A stretch of DNA of 64,000 bases from Chiloscyllium plagiosum (taxonomy: Eukaryota): assembly GCF_004010195.1 (NCBI RefSeq), contig NC_057750.1, forward strand, positions 2,610,112 through 2,674,111. Direction: 5' to 3'. Made by a program: the position numbers and the translations under genes. The notes beneath the pieces are model-generated. The model had not been told where the DNA came from. It searched no databases and saw only the letters and a list, made by a program, of their open reading frames with translations. Of the stretch, positions 1 through 12,040 are shown in pieces; the first letter of the stretch is position 1, and every line of letters begins with the position of its first letter.

Positions 1-619
1 TTGGACTATAACCTGGTATTGTGTGATTTTTAACTTCCTAACTTAATCTGGAGTTGCACATCGGCCAGACCAGTAAGGATGACCATTTCCTTAAGTGAAG
101 GGTAGACAGATTTTTCCAACAACCGATTCACATTCGATATTAGACTCTTAATTTTAAACAGAACATTTTTTTTATTGAATTCAAATTTCACCATCTGCCA
201 TGTCAGGATTTGAACGCTGGAACATTCCCCAGGTCTCTGGATGAGCAGTCCAGTGATAATACCACTAGGCCATCACCTGCCCTGTAGCTGCAAGCTCTTG
301 GCCAAGTATTAAACTTGGGAAGTGAGTACAACTCGTACCTACATCCATATACAGGTGGATTATGGTAGAACAAACCCACTTTCTCCAGCCTTGCATTTTT
401 AAATAGATTGAACCAACAAAATACTGGCTCCAGGCCCGAATGGTGAGCAAAGCCATTTACTGACATTGGGGCCACACAGACATCAATTGGTTGTATGTCA
501 ATCTTCTGTTCCATTTTCAATTAGTATTGCTTCCCATCAGTAACACCTTAATGCCACAGCACTCAGTAACATGGGGGTCAATTTCCACATCCACATGTAT
601 CACTCAGTTTCACCTCTGC

Positions 620-1035
620 AAAGGAGAGGCTGAATAGGCTGGGGCTATTTTCCCTGGAGCTGAGGGGTGACCTTACAGAGATTTATAAAATCATGGAGGT
701 AAATGATTAAGGTGAATAGGCAAGATCTTTTTCCCCAGGGTGGGGGAGTCTAAAACTAGAGGACGTAGGTGAGAGGGGAAAGATTTAAAAAGGACCAAAT
801 GGGGCAACTTTCTCACGCAGAGGGTGGTGTGTGTACAGAATGAGCTGCCAGAGGAAGTGTTGGAGGCTGGTATAATTACAGTATTTAAAAGGCATCTGGA
901 TGGATATTGAATAGGAAGGATTTAGAGGGATATGGGCCAACTGCTGATAAATGGGACTAGATTAATTTGGGATATTTGGTCAGCATGGACAGGTTGGACC
1001 GAAGGGTCTGTTTCCATGCTGTATATCTCTATGAT
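620..1035 (+). mobile_element. CR1/HER1-type LINE 3' fragment (similar: 6510-6838+, 13200-13735-, 22990-23420-, 25530-25775-, 41340-41797-, 42125-42440+, 45510-45860+, 46563-47105-, 47300-47820+, 48020-48600-)
   Basis: Recurrent ERLNRLGLFSLE.RRLRGDLIEVYK...FFTQRVV..WNELPEEVVEAGT...FKRHLD C-terminus and conserved 3' tail. Confidence 0.9.
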
Positions 1036-2645
1036 GAGAAGTTGTGCCCTCTCTGTTTGGGGAGCATCCTGATTGGCTGTCCATCACAGTTAATGACATG
1101 ATTTCACCATGGACCATGTAATACACCATGTAAGAAGGCCTATGGTGTATTAGCATTGGTTAGCAGAGGGATTGAATTCAAGAGTCGTGAAGTGATGTTG
1201 CAGCTGTACAGGACCTTGGTTAGTATCGTGGCCATTCACTCTTCCCTGAGCCCCTATGTTCAACTCTTGTTCATATCAATAGGTGACGGTGCATTTCTTC
1301 TCACAGAGGATAATAGCTTTAAATTAAGGTTGTGTAGGTATAGGACAGATGTTAGGGGTAGGTTCTTTACCCAGAGAGTGGTGGGGGCATGGAATGCGCT
1401 GCCTGTGGGAGTGGTAGAGTCAGAATGATTGGTAACCTTTAAGCGGCAATTGGATAGGTACATGGATGGGTGCTTAAGCTAGGACAAATGTTCGGCACAA
1501 CATCGTGGGCCGAAGGGCCTGTTCTGTGCTGTATTGTTCTATGTTCTATGGACTGTGCAAGGGGTCAGGCTCCAAGGTCTGCCCATACTGTGGGCATTAT
1601 CTGCAACACAGTTTTGCTTTGGAAACAGTTTGGAGAAAATTCACTCGGCTGATTTTGAGGATGAGGGGTCTGTCGTGGTTCACTGGAGTTTAAAAGAATG
1701 AAAAGCGATCTTACCTGAACATTAAATTTGAAGGGGTTTGATGGGATAAGTGTTGAGAGAATGTGGGGTTAATTAGAGCTGGGGGCCACAGTTTTGAAAT
1801 AATGGTCTCCCATTGAAGACTGAGGGAAGGAGACATTCCTTCTCTCTAAGGAGTTGCTATTATTTGAAACTCTCTTCCCTCAAAAGCATTGGAGGTTGGG
1901 TGTTTGAATATACTCAAGGCTGAGTTTAGATACATTTTTGATCAACAAGAGAGTCAAGGGTCATGGCACAGATAGGGAAGTGGAATCTGAGGCCACAACA
2001 AACCAGCCAGGAGTTTACGGAATGGGAGAACAGGCTCGAGAGGCTGAATGGCCTCCCCCTGCTCCTAATCTTTATGTTTTTAATGTATCTTGCATGGGTC
2101 TGGATGGGATGCTCCTTGGAGGGTCGGTGTGGACTTGATGGACCAAATGGCCTGCTTCCACACTGTACAGATTCTATGATTCTCATCAGCATTGCCATCA
2201 TGCAACTGGGTCTCTGGATGAATGGTCCATGTGATAATCCAGTGACTTCACTGGTCTGAAGTATGTCTGCAACCTCACCTTTGAAATTGACCACATCCCG
2301 ATGAACTCACTCTCGATGAACTCCTTTGACAGGGAGTCTAAACCTGGTTTCCCTGTCAGTCCCTGTGCACCTAGACCCCGTCCAGTCAGCTCGCTCCCTC
2401 TCTGTATTACCATTCCCTCCCCAGTCACTATATGTATCCACAATACAAAGCTTTGGGGGAAAAAGGGTGAGAGAGTGGTTGGGGCAAAACCAGCAGCTTT
2501 TGCAGCACAGACATTGGGCTGAACGGCCTTCTCCTACGCAAAAACCTTCTGCAAATAAAGGATATCCCCCTATATAAACACGCAGCCATTTCATAGATTC
2601 ATCATAAGGCATACATTGAGTGCATTCGGCCCACATTGTATCCCA

Positions 2646-2766
2646 TCACATCTTTATACAGTTGGAACCATCTGAATTTTCTACCACTGGCCCCACCTTT
2701 TGCTGTTCACTTATTTCTTTCTGCTCATGTTTGGCTTCACACGTTTCCCATCGATTGTCGTGCATG
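2646..2766 (-). CDS. CCDC9: CCDC9 exon 11 (SMHDNRWETCEAKHEQKEISEQQK); internal donor at 2697 or read-through to TGA at 2648-2646
   Basis: ttctttctctgtag|C ATG CAC GAC AAT CGA TGG GAA resembles human YSDHDDRWET. Donor AAG|gtgggg at 2697; read-through would give a 437-aa protein. Confidence 0.85.
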
Positions 2767-3682
2767 CTACAGAGAAAGAACAGAATACATTTCAGCGTCA
2801 AAACCTACAACTCCAATACACACAAGGAGCTGCTAAAGCAAGCATTCCCCACTTCCCATTCCAGGTAGTTTCTGTTTTATATCACTGGAACTCTTTTTCA
2901 CTGATCTATTAAATATGATCCATGATTTAGCAATGTTCATACATTGAATTATGCAGCAAAAGATTTTCAGAAATTTACCAGGACTTTATTGGAACTCTAA
3001 GATTTAGCACAAACACCAGCATCCACCTTTCCCTTCTGGACCTTTCAGTATCCAGAAGTCAATTTCCCACTGGGGAAGAACATAGTTCTTTTGTGGTTTT
3101 TTTAAAAAGATCAACTTGTTCAGCCATACCATGACACATGTCCACCACAGGTAGAACTTGAATCAGGCCTCCTGGTTTAAAGTCAGGGACACTACAACTG
3201 CCTCATTACAGCCTTAAGAATCCACCTCTCTCCACGTTGTTCTGCTATAACATAGGTTAACGTGAATTTGATATAATGCCATTGTCCCGTTGGAACACTG
3301 TTTCTAAACTGCAAACTTTTAAAACGTATGTTGGCTGTAATGTGATTACATTGCCCATACTTTAGGCCCGATTTTTCTATAACATGGGGTTACCTGTTTA
3401 GATCTATTATTACACACCTCTGGAGCAGGTAGCACTTGAACTAGTCCTTCCAGCTTGGAGGCAGGGACACTATCACTCTGCCACAACAGTCCGAAGAGCA
3501 CAGCTTTTTTTTTTAAAAATAACCAGAGACGCTTTTTATGCTCCACTGATTCTGTTCCATCACAGATTCACCCGGGTTTCTGATTCACCCAACAATTTAT
3601 GTGCAAAACTCATCGGGGCAGTGCAAAAGTAGGGGAAAAGTGGAGAGTGTGCATGTGACTGAGTGCATGTTGAGATAGAATC

Positions 3683-4010
3683 AACGGTGGCTCAATGGTT
3701 AGCTCTGCTGCCTCACAGCACCACAGACCCAGGTTCGATTCCAGCCTCAGGGGACTGTCTGCGTAGAGTTTGCACATTCTCTCCCGCGTCTGCGTGGGTT
3801 TCCTCCCACAGTCCAAAGATGTGCAGGTTAGGGTGATTGGCCATGCTAAATTTCCCATTAGTGTTCAGGGATGCATAGGTTATCTGCATTAGTCAGAGAT
3901 AAACGTTGAATAATAGGGTACGGGAATGGTTATGGGTGGGTTACTCTTCCGAGGGATGGTATGGACTTGTTGGGCCAAAGGACCTGTTCCCACATTGATG
4001 GGATTCTATG
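3683..4010 (+). mobile_element. HE1-like V-SINE (other copies 30250-30586-, 31530-31840-, 32717-33017+, 53690-54001-, 54030-54298-, 63720-64000-)
   Basis: tRNA-derived head (ggtggctcaatggttag ... ggttcgattcc), V-domain gagtttgcacattctc...gtgggtttcctcc and a LINE-like tail. Confidence 0.88.
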
Positions 4011-4529
4011 AAAATGAAATTGCAAGGCGAAATTCCACCCAGTTCTTGTTGTCATATATCCAGTACTGCTTAAAGACTGAATAGTTCTTTTTGAGCCCCA
4101 TCACCAAATCACATGTGTTTTTTCCCACATCTATTAACCAGCAGCAAGTCAGCCGTGCGCTCCAACTGATTTATGTACGAAGCCCTTTCAGGGCAAAGCA
4201 GACCATCAATGGGGAGGGAGATGGAAGAGGAGATCAAGAACTCTTCTTTTTTCCCCTTTTTGCCCTCTATACCCAGAAGTGTTCTCTCTCTCTTTCTCAC
4301 TCACATACACACACACACAAACTGAGCAACCTTCCCACCACCACAACCACCATGACATTTCTGCCCCCCCCCCCCCCCATTTTTCCTTGTAACTACCTGC
4401 AGTAATCACCTGTGCAACCGATCAGATATTTACGAGTAAAGCCCATTATGGGCAAAAATATGGAGGTGCTGGACTGGAGTGGATGAAGTCGCACGACACC
4501 AGGTTATAGTCCAACAGGTTTATTTAAAA

Positions 4530-4566
4530 TCACAAGCTTTCAAAGCACTGTTCCTTCCTCAGGTGA
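4530..4566 (-). ncRNA. Degenerate hammerhead motif (family B), sense in CCDC9 intron 10
   Basis: Minus strand: UCAC-CUGAGGA-A-GGAAC-AGU-GCUUU-GAAA-GCUU^GUGA. Core intact, stem II weakened. Confidence 0.4.
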
Positions 4567-7375
4567 AGTCACTTCAAATAAACCTGTCGGACTATAACCT
4601 GGTGTCATCAGACTTCTGCCCTCAATACTGGCAATGCCAACCATCAGAAGTGAGGGGGGTTTGTTTTAAATGAAAACAGAGATTAAAAAAAAGCAATAGA
4701 AAGAACTCAAATTCAAACTCCAATGAGCATGAGCTGATCTGAAACAACTCTGGAGTGGTTTCAGTCTGTCAACTCTCTGGAGTTGACACTAAAAAGGAAC
4801 TTGCAGCTCTAACAGTGATAGCGGAGGATATAGCTTGTGTGTGTATGGACAATTGTTGATTGAAAGGTTTCAGATTCCAGGGAAGACGAAAGTACTCCTC
4901 CCTCAGAGAGGCAAACTGCCACTCAAGACCAGGAATTCTGACTAAATGTTTCCTCTTACATAGAATGTAGGTGGAGTAGGCCATTCAGCCCTTTGAGTCT
5001 GCTCCACCATTCGATGATTCAACATCCCCTCAGAGTCAAACAAAAACCCCAAAACACCGTAATGGGATGAGATCGGACATCATCCTGTGGTGTTGTTGCT
5101 GCTTTCAGAGCTGAATATGCCATGAATTAAGATCCAGGATGACAGTGAGCAACAGCCACGTGGAGCTGTGTATACAAGTTCCTCAGTAACAGCGAGCGAG
5201 TTTGTCTGTTAGCTTTAAACCTGTCTGAAATTTCCAAGTAAATAGAGCCTACACTATTTACCAATCTGGTGAGAGACTGGGAACTCTGTCTTGAGGAGCG
5301 CAACTCTCTAGGGGATGAAAGATTACATACAAGATGATCAGAGGATTAGATAGGGTAGACAGTGAAAGTCTTTTTCCTAGGATGATGACGTCAGCTTGTA
5401 CAAGGGGGCATAGCTACAAACTGAGGGGTGATAGATTTAAGACAGATGTCAGAGGCAGGTTCTTCACGCAGAGAGTGGTAAGGGTGTGGAATGCATGACC
5501 TGCTAATGTAGTCAACTCAGCCACATTACGGAGATTTAAACAATCCTTAGATAAGCACATGGATGATTTTGGGATAGTGTCGGGGGACGAGCTGAGAATA
5601 GTCCACAGATCGGCACGACATCGAAGGCCGAAGGGCCTGTTCTGCACTATGTTGTTCTATGTTCTAAGGCGTAGTGGTATTATCTATTATTACAGCTGCC
5701 CAGGTAGTGTTCTGGGGACCTGGGTTCGATCCCTAACATGGTGTAATTTGAATTCAAATAAAAAGTCTGGAATTAAATGTATAATATGGCCAGAAAATAA
5801 TTTTAAATTGTTGGGGGAATACCCCATCTGGTTCACTAATGTCCTTTTGGGAAGGAACTGCCCAGTCAGACCTACATGTGACTCCAGACCCATAGCAATG
5901 GGGTTTTGTCTTAACTGCCCTCTGGGCAATAAAATCCCAGCCTAGCCAGTGATGCTGACATCCCGTGAACAAATACAATAAAAAGACACATCTCAATGGT
6001 GGGGTTCTGTATCACGTGGGCCCTTAGTGCATTGTCCATACCCCTCCTTCATAAATGGAGAGGCCATTAGATGATTGGCTGCTATACACTAGCTTCCCAG
6101 TCTCTCTTGAAAAACGTAGACCAGTACAGCACAGGAACAGGCCCTTAGGCCCACCATGTCTGTGCTGACCATGATGCCATTCTAAAATAATCCCATCTGC
6201 CTGCACATGATCTGTATTCCTCTATTCCTTGTCCGTTCATGTGTCGGTCTAAATGCCTCTTAAACGTTGCTATTGTATCTGCTTATACCACTTCCCATAG
6301 CAGCACATTCCAGGCACCTACCACCTTCTAGATAAAAACATGCCTTGCAGTTCTCCTTTAAAAACATTCCCTTCGCACATTAAACCTACGCTCCCTATAT
6401 TTGACATTTTCACCCTGGGAAAGAGTCTGGTTCTCCAGCCTATCCACACCTCTCATCATTTTAAAAGCCAAATAAATTCTGACCATCCCACTCTCACGGC
6501 AGCGAGCAATAGCAAAGGTCTTTTTCCTAGTTTGGAGGGGTGGGCGAAGGAGTTCAAAACCAGAGGGCATAAAAGGCGAGAGGAGAAAGATTTAAAAGGG
6601 ACCCGGGGGCAACATTTTCACACAGACGAGGATTCGTGTGTGGACTGAACTGCCAGAGGAAGTGGTAGATGCAGGTACAGTTACAACATTTAAAAGACAT
6701 TTGGATAGATACACAAATAGGAAATGTTTAGAGGGATACATGTCAAATGCAGGCAGCTGGGACGAGTTTTGTTTGGGAAATTTGGTCGGCATAGATTGGT
6801 TGAACCAAAGGATCTGTTTCTGTGCTGCATGACTCTACAAACCATGTGAAGGCGAAACTGAATTGTGGAATATAATCAAGGTTTACCGCAGTCAGACCAC
6901 TGGCAGGCACTGTTGCTCTGGTGGAACTAGTTTGGTAATCCATGTTCACAAAAATGAGGGAACTCCATAAATGCAGCCCCCCAACCCAAGATCCTATGTG
7001 GAACAGAATCCCAAGTAGTCCAGACGGGCCAAATAGCCTGGTTCTATGCTGCGAACTGCACTTGTGCTCTTTTCAACAGTTTTCATAGAGCCTCCCTGCT
7101 CCCAAACCGGGGGAAGTGTGGTCACCTTTCAATGGAAACAATTCTGAATAAGGGTCTCCAGACCCGAAAAGTTAACTCTGTTTTCTCTCTCCACAGATGC
7201 TACTAGACCTGCTGACTCTCTCCAGCAATTTCCGTTTTTGTTTCACATTCACACGGAGATCAGTTCAATCGGGTTCAGCCGCAGTTAGGAGACGACCTCC
7301 TGGTTTGGGAAGCTCAAAGGGGAAGTGCAGAAAAGCTGATGTCCCGTTAGCCAAGAACTCAAATACTCCTCTTAC

Positions 7376-7481
7376 CTGTAAATTTTATTTTCCTGCTTCG
7401 ATCTCCCCCTCTTCGGATCCTTACTTCTGGATGCAGGGATGAAGTCTGAAATGGTTGGCGGCTTTGGAGGACGGCGGTCAT
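7376..7481 (-). CDS. CCDC9: CCDC9 exon 10 (DDRRPPKPPTISDFIPASRSKDPKRGRSKQENKIYS)
   Basis: cttcctgctccag|AT GAC...TAC AG|gtaaga, 106 nt, phase 1-2; RPPKPPT motif. Confidence 0.92.
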
Positions 7482-9301
7482 CTGGAGCAGGAAGAGGGTG
7501 TTATGAGCTAGTGACCTTTCCTCATTGTTAACAAAATGTCAAAACCAAAACGCAAACCCCACCTACACGCCCCCCCCCCCCACCCCCAAACTCCCCCCCC
7601 CACAGCTAAATGTCCTCCCCAAACCCCTGCCCCAAAACCACACACACACACAAACAATCCCCAAAACCAACATCTCCCAATACTAAACTCAACCCTAGCC
7701 ACCCCCCACAATCTCAGCTTTTCACTTTGTTTCTCAATTTGCCAGCAATGGGGTTTAGTCGCTCTGTGACAGCACAGTGCACTTGGCAATTTCAAACAGC
7801 ATACTCAGTGCGGCCCTGCTTATTGCTAATCATAGCTTTCTTTTCCGTACAATCCCTAGCGTGGAAGCAGACCATTGGCCCATCGAGTCCACACTGAAGT
7901 GTCAGCCTAGATTTTATGCTCATCGTTGAACCCACTGCCTTCTCACCCGAGGGGAGAGTGTACCCACTGTGCCAGGGCTAATTTTAAAAAACCATTCGGG
8001 AGATGTCAGAATTCATAAGCACAAACCAAACACATGCAGGAGAGCAATGTAGCAAACCTGTATGCTTGGCACTCAGATTTAATCTCTTAAAGTTCCTCAG
8101 TCCTATAGTCGGAAAGACAGCCAAAAGGAACAGGAATAGGAAGAGAGAGAAAAAAAAAAGAACAATGAACACATATACTTAAAAGACAAAAGTGTGGAAG
8201 TCAATCCTGGACCAGTCGAGATGGTCTACCTGTCCAACATATACGCATAAACCAAAATTTCAGACTTGCATTGCTATAGCATCTTGCACAACATCAGTGT
8301 TCCCTAAACCAGTTTAATGGAAACTATTACCTAATTTTTTTTCTACTATTCTTTAAAAAAAAACATTACTTCATAAAGTCCCGTTTCTTCTACTTCTTTG
8401 TACCCGAAGTCTATGTAGATGGCGCAGTACCTAAGAAGTCTATGTACCTAAGATGGCGCAGTGCGGGGCAACATTAAACACTTTTTACTGCACTCCTGTA
8501 CTTGAGTATCCATGACAATAAAATCTAAAATCCATGCAAATGTAACAGCATTTTCATTTCAAAATTCAATCTGACTCTGTTTTAAAGGATTCACATTCTT
8601 TCCCCAATGAAGCAGTTAAGGCAGGACACGGAGGAAGATTCTGCACTTCCCTCTTTGAAACACTGGATATGGAATCTACCACATCCATTTATCCAACAGG
8701 TTGGACAGGTCTTGAGTTTTAAGTATCTTGTCTGATCAGTGGCACTCCAGACAATACTACGTGTGAAGCATTAGCCTGGGTTAGCGTTGTGCATGTTTGC
8801 CTGTGTGGTATAAATGCAGTTTCTGGAGTTGCTGTTGAGCTGTACAAACTACAGACCAAAGGTTCCAGTAGCCAACAAGCGGGTTTTAGAGATGATTCAG
8901 TGATCTTCATTCTGCAGACTGCAATGTTGCACTATCAGCTACAAGCACCCAGTGTAAAAGATCCCTTTCCATCTCAGAGAGAGAGAGTCAGCACTTTTGC
9001 AAACTCAGGGGAATAGGTTTAAACTAACTTTTTAAAAACTCAGCCGACTGCTTTGTATGGTGTCTTTGATGGTCCATTCACTGGATTTGAACCCAAGATG
9101 GACTGATGATAAAGTTATCCATGCCTGTGCTGGGGAACAGGTGCTATTTGCAATTCCTGGGGAAAGAACCCTAATTTGGCTCCTCACTTTTAAAACATTT
9201 TTCTATCAGACTTAGCCATCACTGACAAAGCCAGCATTTGTCACCAGTCCTTGTTTGTTCAACTGCTAGTACCATTTCAGTGGGTAATTACGCATTTACC
9301 A

Positions 9302-9832
9302 CATTGCTGTGGGTCTGCAGTCACATGTAGGCCAGACGGGGTAAAGATTGCAGATTTCCTTCCCTGAAGCTCATTAATGATCCAGATTGGTTTCCACAAC
9401 AATTAGTGCCAATTGGTACCATCACTATGACTGACTACTCCAACTTTCAATTTCAGTTTCCATTTAAATTCATAATAAAATTTGAATTCTACGAGAGGTT
9501 ACAGTGGGATTTGAACACATGTCCCCCAGAGCATTATTCTGATGCTCTGGATTAATAACTCAGACACGTTACCACACACTATTACCTCCTTGAAATGGGT
9601 ATAGAAACCTGGCACAGAGGGAACAAACCACACCGGCAAAGACCAGGCAGGAAGACACCAAGGGACAATCAAACTGGTGCCGTACCAGGAATGATCTCTG
9701 GCAAACATTATCTGTGTAAACTCCAAACAACAGAGGAGCGGAAATAATTAGATTCACAGCAACTTCACAATCAGAAGCAGATGACCTACAGCAACAGGAG
9801 CGGGTTATTGAAACCATCATCCTCGTGCTAGC
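9302..9832 (+). repeat. Arm A of a 531-bp long-range inverted repeat (partner 24930-25460)
   Basis: Reverse complement of 24930-25460; 8 mismatches, all transitions, in the 120 nt hand-aligned at 9601-9720. Confidence 0.95.
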
Positions 9833-10214
9833 TCTTTGAGTAATGTAGAAGCATCTAAGGAGGCACTAGACAAACCTAATTTTCTATTCAACCAGTTCAG
9901 GGATATTATCACCTCTGGAGCAAGTGGAACTTGAATCCAGACCTCCTGGTAAACCCATTGAGATGGGGGAAAGATTCAGATGATAAAAGTTGGGAGGTGG
10001 TTTAAGTGGAGCACCAACAAGGACTGCTGGGCCAAATGGCCTGTTCCTGTGCTGTACATTCTACGCACTTGAAATCAGTTGAACAATTGTGACTCTAACC
10101 CTTCCGTCTTTCATGTTGAGGTACATGCCCAACGGGACAGGAACATTCATGGATGGTAATGTCCAGAATTTCTCCTCCTTATGCAATAGAAAGGCCCCCA
10201 GCAGGTTAACCTAC

Positions 10215-10267
10215 CTCGCTTACTGTAGCCTTCAGCACAACCGGTGGGAACTGGATTATCTTTGAAC
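10215..10267 (-). CDS. CCDC9: CCDC9 exon 9 (FKDNPVPTGCAEGYSKR)
   Basis: gctttcag|G TTC AAA GAT...CGA G|gtaggt, 53 nt, phase 2-1; completes MFKD as in human MFKDGPVP. Confidence 0.9.
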
Positions 10268-11064
10268 CTGAAAGCGGGGCAAAGGAAGAGGGAAAAGAAA
10301 AAATAAAATTGATGAATAGGTTGAGACTCAATTCTCATCTCTACTGGAGCTGAGCAAAATGGTTCAAGCAGATCAAATCAAACATAACCCACTGGTGATG
10401 TTTAACATCTGTCCGAAGCCATCTAAATAAGGCATAAATAGTTAATTTGAACTGTGCTTAGGAGCTGAGGCAGAAAGGATTAAACAAGAATAGATATTTT
10501 ACTGGAGCATGGTTGACCAGACTGCATTCAAGATGACAAAAGGTCTTTAAAGGATCATCGTACCTTCCTACAACCACTCCCCAGTTGTAGCATTATGTAC
10601 TCTCTACAAGATGCACTGCAAAAATTCACCAAAGATTCTTAGAGAGCATCTTCCAAACCCACAACCACTTCCATCTCAAAGGACAAGGGCAGTAGATACA
10701 TGGGTACACCACCCCTCCACTCCACTCACTATCCTGACTTGGAAATATATCGCCGTTCCTTCAGCGTTGCTGGGTCAAAACCCTGGAATTCCCTCCCTAA
10801 GGGCATTGTGGGTCAACCCACAGTAGGGGGACTGCAGCAGTTCAAGGAGGCAACTCACCCCCACTTTCTCAAGGGACAACTAGGGACGGGTAATAAATGC
10901 TAGCAACATCCCATACTGGAAGAATTATTTGAAGGACACAGACAGGACCAGATCAATGAGCCCAACAGTTGTTCACATAATCTTCCAGTCTCTTCCCTTG
11001 CTTGTTTATCTAGCCTCTCCTTAAAGGCAAGGATAATTAAAAAATAACAACAGCTCAGATAGTA

Positions 11065-11206
11065 GGAGAAAGTGAGGACTGCAGATGCTGGAGACCAGAG
11101 TTGAAAAATGTGGTGCTGGAAAAACACAGCAGGCCAGGCAGCATCCGAGGAGCAGGAGAATCGACATTTCGGGCATAAGCCCTTCTTCAAGAATCAGGGA
11201 TTCCTG
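11065..11206 (-). mobile_element. Single-arm family A repeat
   Basis: gtgaggactgcagatgctggaga...tttcgggcataagcccttcttcaa; hammerhead core mutated (UUGAAGA). Confidence 0.75.
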
Positions 11207-11562
11207 TTCTGTGTCAGCCTTAAAACTGATTTTAGAATCCACAGTTTCAGAAAACACTGAATTTCCAAAAATGTTCTAAAAAAGAGGTAATTTCCAAAAT
11301 TAAAACCAATCATATTTGCAACCATTAGCCAAAATAAAATCACAATTATCACACTATAAAGCGAGGGACTTGAAAACAAATGACCAGATACACAATACAG
11401 CAGTTTGACAAGAGGGATTATAACAACAGCTGATACTCAGCGTGTGAACAAATTGTCTCGAGAATATGAGTGGTGTGAAAATGAATGCTGGGGCTCTAAT
11501 TAGAAAAGCGAGGGGGGTGAAAAACAGCTTGGCAGTGCCAGACTCTCTCGATAAACACGTAC

Positions 11563-11744
11563 ATGGATTCAGTCTTCTCTGCATCCCACTCGCGTCTCCA
11601 CTGTCCCATGGCATTCCGATGACGCTCAAGCCTTTCCTGGTCAATCTGCTCCCGCTCCTTCTTCCAGCGCACATACTCCGCTCTCTCACGACCAGTCATC
11701 GACATCGTCATGTCGACAGAACCCTTGGAGCCTGACCGTCTGCC
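11563..11744 (-). CDS. CCDC9: CCDC9 exon 8 (GRRSGSKGSVDMTMSMTGRERAEYVRWKKEREQIDQERLERHRNAMGQWRREWDAEKTES-M), DUF4594 core
   Basis: ttcccccag|GGC...AT|gtacgt, 182 nt, phase 0-2; signature MSMTGRERxEYxRWKxERExIDQERL...GQWRREWDAEK. Confidence 0.97.
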
Positions 11745-11804
11745 CTGGGGGAACATACATCAGCTGGATTGGTTTGGCCTTTATTCTTTCAATGAGATAT
11801 GGGT

Positions 11805-12040
11805 GCCACTGGTATCTGTTCCCCACTGGTAGCTGTTGCCCACCGGTATCTGTTCCCAAATGGTTGCCCATCTGTTCCCCACCGGTATCTGTTCCCCGTT
11901 GCCCATCTGTTCCCCACCGGTATCTGTTCCCAAATGGTTGCCCATCTGTTCCCCACCGGTATCTGTTCCCCGTTGCCCATCTGTTCCCCACCGGTACCCG
12001 TTGCCCACCTGTTCCCCACTGGTACCTGTTGCCCATCTGT
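11805..12040. repeat. Minisatellite with alternating 39/35-bp units (74-bp higher-order repeat)
   Basis: ccggtatctgttcccaaatggttgcccatctgttcccca / ccggtatctgttccccgttgcccatctgttcccca, starting at 11843, 11882, 11917 and 11956. Confidence 0.95.

Noticed and set aside
7139..7180. Active hammerhead (family C copy)
   Set aside because: Stem II is perfect but the core is mutated (CUGAAUA, G8 lost) and it is antisense to CCDC9; counted only as a family relic.
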